From: Wallemia ichthyophaga EXF-994
Lineage: Eukaryota > Fungi > Basidiomycota
NCBI RefSeq assembly: GCF_000400465.1
Contig: NW_008806281.1
Location: forward strand, 420,001-452,000
Direction: 5' to 3'
DNA: 32,000 nucleotides
Position numbers and translations under genes: made by a program. The notes under the pieces were generated by a model that was given only the letters and a program-made list of their open reading frames with translations, was not told where the DNA came from and searched no databases. This document shows, in pieces, positions 10,501 to 20,970 of the stretch (its first letter is position 1; each line of letters begins with the position of its first letter).

Positions 10501-10850
10501 CTCTTCAAATCTAAGCAGTAATGATAGTCAAAGTCCAATTCAGGAGTGTCAATCAGGTCATTTGAATGGGAATTGAGTGAGTAGAAGTGTACCCTTGAGA
10601 TTTTCAAATAATCGCTATTAATTTTAATAGACTGGGTTATAACCACCAGGTAAGTGGACCCCTGTAGCTCAATCAATCCAATAACGCCGTGAATGGATTG
10701 TAGCGGGCGTGGATTGAGCAAATCCGGTTGAATGAGATCAACGATTAGATTAGACTGGCAGCGTAATTTAAATAAAACCCCGATATCTCCGTTTTCCACA
10801 ATCAAGCAACGATTCCCACTGACATCGTCTATTTCTCCAACTCTCATCAT
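7502..10850 (-). CDS. INP53: Synaptojanin-like phosphoinositide phosphatase (Sac1 domain + inositol 5-phosphatase + Pro-rich tail), 4 exons
   Basis: Sac1 motifs RAGTRFYSRGVDDDGQVANFVESE, QIRGSIPLFW and catalytic RVNCLDCLDRTN. 5-phosphatase motifs GNKG, WLGDFNYRV, PTYRFD, PAYTDRVL, SDHRPV. Three 3' introns (first 8130-8188) join to LPSPSTEVDNWW and RRPPPPPP, ending at 7502. Paralog assignment (INP51/52/53) uncertain. Confidence 0.93.
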
Positions 10851-10874
10851 CGTGGTAATCGGGAAAGGAGCGAG

Positions 10875-13107
10875 ATGAGTAGTGTACGCAGTGGAGTGAG
10901 TTACTTGAAATATGTTTTATATATTCCAATTTCAATATAACAGTACTCAATTAATCTCTACGTCATCCATCTCACTCACCCGAGTCATGAATTGATTAGG
11001 GACGTCAAAGATTACATTAATGGCGTCATCATAAATAAAATCATAAATAATCTTAAGACTGATTTGATTGGTTTGATTGTTGTTGATGGCGGCACAAATA
11101 ACACCCTGCACAACGAATCCACCAATCAATTCAGGCATTTAAATTCGATATTTAATCTACAGCAGTCTAACAAGAGCCTATTGAGCTTGGTTGACAGCTT
11201 GGATCTTTCAAATCCACCGATTGTAGACCCAATCGACAGTTTGATCGTCGCGTACAACCAGATTGAGATTAAGTACGCGTCCAAGAAGTCATGGAGCAAG
11301 TCTATTAATTATATTACTGACAATCAGCTGGCTACTGATGGTACCGACTACATCACGCTCCTCAACTCACTTAACCAGCTCAATATAACTCTCAACGTCA
11401 TCAACAGCGAGAATTCAACAACCAACGTCTTTCTAACCAATCTTACATCTGAGCTGTACAGTTCATCTACCACTACATTTCAGCAAGCACAGCAAAGACT
11501 GCACAAACCGATAAGCAACGCGTCCAAGTCAACGCAGATGTACAACAATCTAAGTATATCCGACAAGTACAATTTCAGCGTGAAGTATGCGAAAGCGGTT
11601 GGCAAAGCAACGAAGCTGCCTTTGAAAATACTCGAAGGTGTGACGCAAGACAAGGCGACAAGTGCGCCCATACACAAACTAGACGATGAGGAGGTGGAGG
11701 GCGAGAGGCTAATCCGTGCGTACAACTACGGCTCTAATCTCGTCCCGGCTCCATCTGAAACGGAAGGGGGGTTCGTGCAATTCGAGTCGCCAGGCGGGAT
11801 ACACTTCTTATGTGCATACCCCGCTCACACCCTCAGACGAGACTGGGTGGTGGGTGAGCCAGCGTTTATCTGCGCTGATATGAAGGACCTTCCTGCGCAG
11901 TGCGCCCTCAGTAGCATCATACACGCTCTGCATCGCAATAACCTTATCGCACTCGTGCGGTACGCGCGGAAGGACGGCGAAAAGCCTTACCTAGGCGTGT
12001 GCATTCCCGTCGTGAACAAGAGCGACGAGTACCTCCAGTACCTCCGAATACCTTTCGCTGACCAGATACGCACCTACTCCTTCCCCAGTCTCGAGAGGGA
12101 GGGTGGAGAGAAGAGAAGTGGGAATGGGAGTGGCGCGAGCAGGCACCTTCCAACCGACGAGCAATGTGTGGCTATGGATGCATTTGTCGACAGCATGGAA
12201 GTGGGAGGCGGTTATGGTGCAAGTGGCAGCGCGGACGAAGGCGAAGGCGGCGGCGACAACGACGGTAATACCAACAGAAAAAGTGACGTTGGGTGGTTTG
12301 ATATACACGAATCGCTCAGTCCAGCTACACACCGCATCTATCAGGCAGTAGTACATAGTGCAGCACGGGGTAGAATCGACCCGGAGTCACTCCCGCCGCC
12401 ACATCCAGAGGTGGTAAAATATCTCAATCCGCCTGCGTTCACAAAGAAAAGGGCAAAAGGGGCCATTGAACGGTGCACAAGCCTCTTTGGACTATCTGAA
12501 CACACTCCACAGCCCAAGAAGACGCGTTACGGGAGAAAGGGGGGAAATGAAGATCGGCAGAGGCCGCAGGAGATCAATATTGATGAATTACTGGGGGGTG
12601 GGGGGAGTGGTGTTAGTAATGCACATACTAACACAAACACAACCCATAACACACTCAGCAACCCAGTTCAAACGTGGAATGAGATGGAAGAAGGAGATAA
12701 GGAAAAGGCGGAGGAAGTGCACGAACTGATGAGCACAAGCATCGTGACAGCGGCTAGCAATTCAGAAACCTATGCAGCTGCTGTGGAAGGACTGGAAGTG
12801 CTACGAGGGTATGCAACCAAACACAATGTAGCTGAGGATTACAATGAGTGGGTGGAGAGAATGGCTTATTTTTTTAACTTAACACACAGCGTAGGTTGTT
12901 GGGTAGATTGAAAGAGATGGAGAAATTCTTCACGTATCTACGAAACCACGATGGAGAAGCACTCAGTCTGATTACAGCGGGTGAAGATGAACAAGGGGTT
13001 GTTGAAGTGAGTGCTGCAGAATCGCGAAAGGTGAGACTGAGGTGAAAATTTAGAGGAAAAACTGCAAATTGCTGACGTGAGAGTAGTTTATAGAAATAAC
13101 TGAGTAA
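10875..13107 (+). CDS. KU80: Ku80 (XRCC5), NHEJ and telomere DNA end-binding subunit, at least 4 exons
   Basis: Exon 1 10875-10895 (MSSVRSG), intron 10896-10943, then YSINLYVI..KTDLIGLIV (vWA). Core motifs AYNYGSNLVP, ALSSIIHAL..IALVRY, IPFADQIRTYSFPSL, PTDEQCVAMDAFVDSM. Introns 12848-12894 and 13031-13086 give the C-terminus LSLITAGE..VSAAESRKFIEITE*. Confidence 0.92.
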
Positions 13108-13213
13108 ACGGCGAGCTGTTATGATATAAATGATTTTAATATTTTCATCTTTTATTTATATTTTCTTCGCCCAACCGACGGCAACGTGTCTTCTCTCTTC
13201 GCAACAGACAGTC

Positions 13214-13962
13214 ATGTTCGCGCGTACATTCCTCCGTTCAACTAGCCGTCAAGCAAGTGAGTTAGGGTTTATTGATGTATACGACCACTGACACGTCCAC
13301 AGCCAGAGCATTCTCCACAGCTCGCCCAGCTAGCTCATTGCGCAATGTGGCATTCGGTGTGAGTGCAGCAGCAGCATTGGGAGCAACAGCGCTTGCTACT
13401 CAGCCACTCCACCTCGATGCACCACAACAAACGATCGCCGGTCAAGAGGGAACATTCTCTGAGCGCTCATTTGTTATGATCAAGCCTGGTGCGTGTGGTT
13501 TGAAGAGGTGCTAACAGCAGCTGACTCCAATTAGACGGTGTTTCACGCCAAATCGTAGGCAAGATCATTTCCCGCTTTGAAGAGCGTGGTTATAAGCTTG
13601 TAGCCGTGAAGAGCGTTACGCCAAGCAAGGAATTGGCTAAGGAGCACTACGTAGACCTCGCTCAGCGTCCATTTTACCCAGGATTAGTGGATTATATCAC
13701 CTCAGGCACTCCAGTTGTCGCACTTGTCTGGGAAGGTAAGGATGTCATCCGTCAGGGCCGTCGTATGGTGGGCGCAACAAACCCATTGCAATCAGACCCA
13801 GGCTCTATTCGTGGCACTTACGCTGTATCCGTCGGACGTAACATTATCCACGCATCAGACTCATTCGAATCAGCTACCAAAGAAATTGGATTATGGTTCA
13901 ATGACAAGGAAATGTCCAGCTACCAACCAACAGCATGGCCATGGATCTTCTCTGACAACTAA
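13214..13962 (+). CDS. NDK1: Nucleoside diphosphate kinase with N-terminal mitochondrial presequence, 3 exons
   Basis: ERSFVMIKPDG, HYVDL..RPFY, GATNP, GSIRG and catalytic NIIHASDS. N-terminus MFARTFLRSTSRQATRAFST followed by an Ala-rich hydrophobic stretch. Confidence 0.95.
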
Positions 13963-14020
13963 ATCAAATAAAATTTTGACAATAATACACTCATTTGTTT
14001 CTTTGTTTACTACTTCCATC

Positions 14021-15234
14021 ATGTCTAAAAGAGAAGGCGGAGATAACGCACCTAGACAACGTAAATACCGCAAAGACGGCACACAGGTTCAATTCAAATC
14101 GTTCAGTCCACCAGAAGGTCCTGCAATCTTTGTTACTTGTGTTCGTGGAAAGGAAAAGCAGGCGACACACGATATTTTGGATATACTCAATGAAATATGT
14201 GATAGATATTTCCCGGATGTGAATGTACAGCAGAGGAATAAGGTGGAAATTGAAGGCAGCGACAATAGACAAGAAGATAAAAAAGAAGACGACAAAGTAG
14301 ACGTTGATAAGGACACAACGGACAAGAAAGAAGATTCCGACATAAAATCTCAATTAGCCGCAGAATTAGATGAAATCAATAAAACTCAAACCCCTTTCAA
14401 GAAACCACAAAAGAGCTCAACAGATCTGAAGCGATTTGTTAATCACCCTACAGATACTCAATGTAGTGGGTTAGCAAACACACCACTCAATCTACATGTC
14501 TCACATCACATACAGTGATTTACCTTGAAGTACGCAGACCATTCAACCCAATAGCCATCGTAGAGAGGTACTTGGAAGAGGTGGAACAGACAGGCAAGAT
14601 GAGGACAAAGTGGGTTGTGTTTGTAGGCGTACACAATAAATTCACATACCGCACCATATAGATACATCCAACGCTTAACACCCGTTTCACACGTCGCACA
14701 TGCCTCAGAAAATGCTTTTGAAGCACTCTGTGGCTTTACTTTTCAGAATTACTTGGATGCCTCAACTGCAGATGGTATTGGTGGTAATGTGAGTTGATTT
14801 ATAGGACCAGATATTCCTACTAACTCTCCTAGTACCGCATCGAATTGCGCACCCGCTCTCATAACACCCTCAAGCGCGATTTCATCATTCAGAAGATAGT
14901 CGACTCCATCTCCCCACCACATCGAATTGACCTCAGCAATCCTGATCGCTGGTGTATTGTTGAAGTCTTTAAGAGTGTCGTTGGCGTTTCTGTCGTTTCT
15001 AGCTATGCCAAGTTTAGAAAATTCAACCCTTTTTCTCTAGTCGAGGCAAAGAATAAGGAGAGGGCTGGAGGTAATAGTGGTGTCGAACAGAGTAAAGTGG
15101 AGCAAGATAAAGAAGATAAGGTGGAGCAAAAGAAGGAAGACAAAGTAGAGCAAGATAGGGACGATAAGAAAGAAAAGTTGGAGAGTGAAAAAGTGGATAA
15201 AACCCCCACAACACATTCCACACCCACATTATAA
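14021..15234 (+). CDS. TAN1: THUMP-domain tRNA acetylation adaptor Tan1/THUMPD1, 4 exons
   Basis: IFVTCVRGKEKQA, TDTQCMIYL, YIQRLTPV, YRIELRTRSHNTLKR, HRIDLSNPD..IVEVFKSVVGVSVV..Y.KFRKFN; three phase-consistent introns. Confidence 0.88.
15097..15168 (+). repeat. Three 24-nt coding repeats (VEQxKEDK-like) in the Tan1 tail
   Basis: gtggagcaagataaagaagataag / gtggagcaaaagaaggaagacaaa / gtagagcaagatagggacgataag. Confidence 0.8.
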
Positions 15235-15267
15235 ACTAGAACTTCTATTCATCACATTACATTCCAT

Positions 15268-16013
15268 CTACTCCGCCTTGTTAGTGGATCCAATCGACTT
15301 CTCAGCTTGCTTGACAGACGCAGCATCAGTCTTGACTTCATCGCCCATACCGAATGGGTTAGCAGCCTTCCATGGACGCTTGAGGTCGCCCTTAGCCTCG
15401 TTGCCAAACACCCAAACCTTAGCTGGCTTAGAGTCGAGCGCGTTCTTCACGCCGAGGATGCCCTGAATGAACAGTGGCTGCGTGTACTTCATGTATCCAT
15501 GCAAGAAGCCCATCATGGCAAGGGATGTGAACAGGCTCTTGACCTGGGGGATATTAGAAGCTGCACTAACATCACGCCAGCCACAAAACTCACGAGCTTG
15601 GAAGTTTCTTGTAAATCGTAGTCGCGGTTTGTAGTTGTAATAAGTTGTGGCTCTTCGCCGGACTGCATAGGGTGAGGGATGAAATACATCAAAAACCCTA
15701 CCCACCATTGGAGATGCTGGCTCAGTGTACTTGAGCATCGTCGTGTCATTCTTGGCTCTGATCTGGTGCCGCGTTGAGTTGGAATGCTGTAAACACCTCC
15801 AATACCCACCTTGCCCGCTATCCACTGGTACAAGCCAAAGCTGATAAGCATACTCGCCACATATCCAATCCTCACTGCCAACAAAACGTTTTCATCTTCG
15901 AACGGAATTTTGCGGGCGACTGCGACGAGTTAGAGAGTGGTGGTTGCATACACGCCATATTCACCCTGCATCAATCCCAAAGAGAGAACGAGATTCAGAA
16001 TTTGAGGATTCAT
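15268..16013 (-). CDS. PHO88: Pho88/Snd3 ER membrane protein (SND targeting pathway), 4 exons
   Basis: MNPQILNLVLSLGLMQ|VARKIPFEDENVLLAVRIGY, LKYTEP, TTTNRDYD, MMGFLHGYMKYTQPLFIQ, GDLKRPWKA. Confidence 0.9.
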
Positions 16014-16060
16014 CTTGCGTGCTGTTGGCTGTACTCTTGAAAGGACCTTTGGAAGGCGAA

Positions 16061-18000
16061 ATGGGCCAATCGAGCGAATCGAGCAGCCAGAAAGTCACTG
16101 TAAACTCTCTAAAGCTGCGATACAATGAATTTCTCATTAAATCTTCTGTATTTGGCTTGGAAGTGAGAGGTATCCAACCTGTAGCAGATCATGTGGGTGT
16201 ACAACTACAAAACCAAAGAATCTGCTAACATTCTAGGAACGTACTCCTGGGTGTGTACGTTTGCTACCAATCGATCATTCTAATCACTCACAGACTCGGA
16301 CCTCTTATAAACATTTGGTGCATCTGGATCAGTGCAAACTCAACTGTACTCACTCTCTCCACTGGCGGTCTTGGCCCTGGCAGCTTCTCTATGAGTCCAC
16401 GCGACTCCTGCCTCTCCATCCTCTTTTTCAATCTCCTGGGCAACCTTCTCCCCGCGTATCTCTCTACCTTCGGTCCTAAATTAGGCATGCGCCAGATGTG
16501 TATAGCGCGCTACTCGTTCGGCTACTATCCTGTCATACTCGTCTGTCTCCTCAACCTCATCGGCATGATTGGTTTCTGCAGCCTGAACGCTGTTAGTGGC
16601 GCTCAAGTACTTTCTGCTGTCTCCTCTGACGACCTGAGCTCGTCTGTAGGGATTGTTATTATCGCAGTGATAGCCTTATTCGTGGGTCATTTTTCACTCT
16701 AATTTTCATCTCAAACACTCCCCCGACAGGTCTCATTCGCGGGTTTAAGACTGTTGCATACCTTTGAAAGGTATGCATGGGCTGTGTCTTTTCTCATGTT
16801 CGTCTTCGTTGCCTCGTGCGCTGGTAGACAACTCCCCGCCATCCACTCCGTCCCCTTCGAACCTGCTACAGCTGGATCTGTATTAAGCTTCGGCGCTGTC
16901 ATCCTCGGCTATGGTATGACTTGGGCCCCCCTAGCGTCCGATTTCGTGGGTGAAGTTTTTCATTTTTAACATTCAGCTTACCCAGCTAATCCTCATCGAT
17001 GCTTACATTGGTTTCCTTCCGCTCCTGCAGACCGCCTACATTCCCGCACAGACTAAAAGCCTCAAGGTCTTCTTAGCCACCTACCTCGGCCTCAACGTCC
17101 CTCTCATCCTGCTGCAATGTCTCGGTGCATGTGTGCAGGTGGGCGCGAAGGCCATACCTGCATGGTCAGACGGCTACGCGGCAGCTGGGCTGGGAGGCCT
17201 GCTAGATGCTGTCATGCATCCGCTGAAGGGGTTTAGGAAAGTAGTTCTGGTGCGTGGCCGTAGACACAGCCACAGCTCGCAGCTTACAAATACTCAGGTC
17301 ATTCTCGCGCTGGGCATATCTTCCAACAACGCACCCACCATCTACAGCTGCGCCTTGACTCTGCAGACCTTCCTCCCGCAACTCGTCTGCGGTGAGTCGT
17401 GTGTCTTTTCTACTTGCCTTCCTGTAACGCACACTCACTCTCACACTCCACAACAGTTCCCCGCTTCCTCCTGTCTACCGTCGCCACGGGCATCTACCTG
17501 CCCATAGCCATAGTGATTGCGACGCGCTTCGAGGACGCCCTCAACAACTTTCTGTCGTGTGTAAGAGGAGCGCTTGAGCAGTAGCACATGTCGCTCACAG
17601 ACCGCACAGCTCGGCTACTGGTCTGCCTTGTTCGCGGGTGTGCTGGTACGTAGTTGTTCTATCACCCACACTCACACTCAGACTCACACTCACGCTCACT
17701 ATGCAGATAACAGACCACCTCCTGTTCAAAAGAGGCGACTTCACCGCGTACAACACTTCCCACTGGGATAGCCCTCATAAGCTGCCGTATGGTGGGGCGG
17801 CTCTCCTCGCGGGTGCTGTCGGCGCCGGCGTCGTCGTCGTCTCGATGGCTCAGGTCTGGTGGACTGGCCCACTCGCAGCGCTCATTGGCGCTGGTGGTGA
17901 CATTGCAACAGAGCTCGGCTTCGTCGTCGCCGCTTTGTCTTACATCCCTCTCAAATGGTTGGAAATGAAGCTGAAGCTAGATAGGAGTGTCATTAGATAG
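16061..18000 (+). CDS. FCY2: Purine-cytosine permease, NCS1 family, many short exons
   Basis: GLEVRGIQPV, W.SAN, GPKLGMRQM..ARYSFGY, LNLIGMIGF..LN, YGMTWAPLASDF, SNNAPTIYS, LGYWS, DHLLFKRG, VSMAQVWWTGPLA, GDIATELGF; about 12 hydrophobic segments; end 18000. Confidence 0.88.
17668..17699. repeat. Intronic hexamer repeat (ACACTC-like x5)
   Basis: acactc acactc agactc acactc acgctc inside the last permease intron. Confidence 0.7.
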
Positions 18001-18624
18001 GGTAGTGTTAGATACTTCTATCTATAGCCTTAGCATTGCTCGAACGGCTCGATTTTTTTGGATATTTTACTCGCGCGTATGTTCGCCCTTCATATTGAGT
18101 TTTAGATATACACACGTGGGATCGCGTGCTTTTGTATTATTTACATACAAACCCGTACCAATATACCTCTGAAGATCCTAGCGCACCCTTCATTACCCCT
18201 CTGCACCCATTGCATGTCTTTCGAAATGCACCAGCTACACCCAAACTCGCGATAAAGCTTTGAGTTGAGCTGATTTAAGAATTTTGTTAGATTGTGCAGT
18301 CCAATAGATGCTCCATGAGATAAAAACTCACCCTGCTCTGCTCCAGAAGCCATCATTCTGTCCTGTGGATGCTTCGTGTCGCAAAACGTAACACGCAGGG
18401 TTAAAAGTTGAGACAACTTGGCGCATGAGGTATTTCTCAGCTCCTCAAATAATGAATGGCATGCAATTGAAGACCTCCGCCTGAAGCAATAAATTGATGA
18501 TGCCTTTCTCGACGCATTCAGCCAGTGCGAATCGTATCTTGCAGCACCCCTCAGACACTCACACCTCAACACATCAATGTGATCGTGATATACATGCAAA
18601 AGTAAGTGTACAATGATGACAGTA

Positions 18625-20200
18625 TTAGTCAGAGTCAATGTCGATAACGTCGCGTCTTTGTGACAATGAGTTTCCAGCGCCGAGCTTGGCCCATGGATCG
18701 CTGTTGTCTTCTTTAGACTCATTGTCATGCTTATTCGCGTCGTTGTGCTGGGGCTGCGGTGCTGGTGCCACAGGTGGGATATCCACGCTTCTTCCTGAGA
18801 GTGTCGCTCCCGTGCCCCCACCATATGGCTCTGGAGGCTTGCTGTCCTCCTTGTGTCCACCGATGGGTACATACTCAAACCCAAAGAACAACTTGCCGAA
18901 TGGGAGATTGAGAGGAGCTGGCACTTTCTGGCCATCTTCGAGCGTGTCGGCTGTGACGTGTCTCTGCTTACTAGATGATTATCAGCTAACACCCCTCACA
19001 AACACATAAAACCCACTCTGTTCTCGATATTTTGCTCGAATCGTCGACCTTTTCAATTGGCTTGGCCAATCCCTTGCCCTTCGTTTTGCGTCCACCGAGA
19101 GTCTGTCCACTTCCCTTGAATACCTCCGGCGCTGTAGAGTTTGGCCGGCTGCTCAATGGTGAGTCCTCTTGAGCGCGTGTATCTATCTTCATCTTGGATG
19201 CCATCGTTGGCTGTGGCTCCCGTGCCTTAGGTGCTGGCTCTACGTATCCTTTCGGAGGTGCAAAGTCTACCTCTAAGTCTGTATCGATGATGAATATACT
19301 CTGGCTGTCAGACTCTGGATCGATCTCCATCACAAGCAATTCGAATGTGATGCAGTTGTGTAGTATTTCTATGTAATCACCCTTGCTCAATGTGGAAAAG
19401 TTTCTCAGTGCGCGTTCAAGCACTGTTTTGTGGTCTGAGATTTCAAGGAAGTCTGTCGTCTGCGCTTGCAGCTTTGTGAATTTTCCTTTCGGCAGCGCTG
19501 CACCGGAGATCTTAAGTGGACTGCCTTCGTCGAGCTCGAGTTGCTTCATCATCTGGGAGGAGAATGAGTGACGTCAGAGGTGCATCGATAAGTACACACC
19601 CAGGCTGGCAAATGAACGTTGCCCTCCTCAGCGATAAACTCTAGCACACCCGCGTGGGTCTTCTTTGATGGGTTTCTGGCTGGACTGAGTTCGAATGTCC
19701 ACGGTGACTCTATTTCGAGGTCTGTCAGGCGCGCCAGAGCAGAAGGAGGCATAATGACTGGTAAGTGTTAGTGGGAGGGGCATTGAGCAAGCCACAGCGA
19801 CCCACTCTTTCCACCGTATTGTAGGTTTGGACGCTCATTACCACCCATCATTGCCACAGAGAAGGCTATAGACGAGTGAGCATACATCACAAGTCGCTGA
19901 CAGCCTACACACCCTTGTAGTGCTGAGTAAACGCAGATGCTGGAGGTCTGCCAAAAGCGTGGCCACCAAAGCCAGCGAAGCCGCCGAGACCGCCGAGCTC
20001 GTTGAAGCCACCAAAGACATCATTGAATCTGCTGAAAGCAGAGCGTGGCTGGGACTGTGGTTGTGGCTGTGGAACAGGATCGTCGTCGTCATCGAACTCG
20101 TCATCGTTGTAGAGATCCTCTGCGCTGTGGACCGAGTCGTCGCTGTCACTGTACTGCAGAGAATTAATAAAGAACTCTAAATAACCACGCGACTCACCAT
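18625..20200 (-). CDS. UFD1: Ubiquitin fusion degradation protein Ufd1 (Cdc48 cofactor), multi-exon
   Basis: ATG-only first exon (20198-20200), intron 20154-20197. Motifs YGGK|VIMPPSAL, THAGVLEFIAEEG..LPAW|MM, LPKG...KLQ, LERALRNFSTL, DTDLEVDFAPPKGYVEP, SHP box FKGSGQTLG, VPAPLNLPFGKLFFG, terminal VIDIDSD*. Confidence 0.95.
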
Positions 20201-20335
20201 AATTTAAATAATAAAAAAGTGTTTTGAGGTCACTGTCGCGCGCATCGAATCGAATTTTTTTGCGTGCAAATTGAGCGCTGCTCTGCTCTCGTTTCCTTGT
20301 GAGAAACGAAATTCCCAAGGTTAGTGGAAAATAAA

Positions 20336-20341
20336 TATAAA
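20336..20341 (+). promoter_or_regulatory. Candidate TATA box of ubiquitin-L40
   Basis: TATAAA ending 26 nt before ATG 20368; this is close for a TATA box, so weak. Confidence 0.3.
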
Positions 20342-20367
20342 GAAAGCAGCGCTAATACAGCCCAGCC

Positions 20368-20855
<488 letters not shown>

Positions 20856-20970
20856 TGGTTTTCATGGTTTTTCATTGGGAATATTCCTTGTACAACTGAA
20901 TGTATGGGCTTGAATAAGGTTTGCATTTTAGTACACTTTTGTCGTGCTTTGCTTGTTTTGATGACTTGTG

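Noticed and set aside
13845-13862. NDK catalytic motif HASD instead of HGSD
   Set aside because: The family signature allows G or A at this position.
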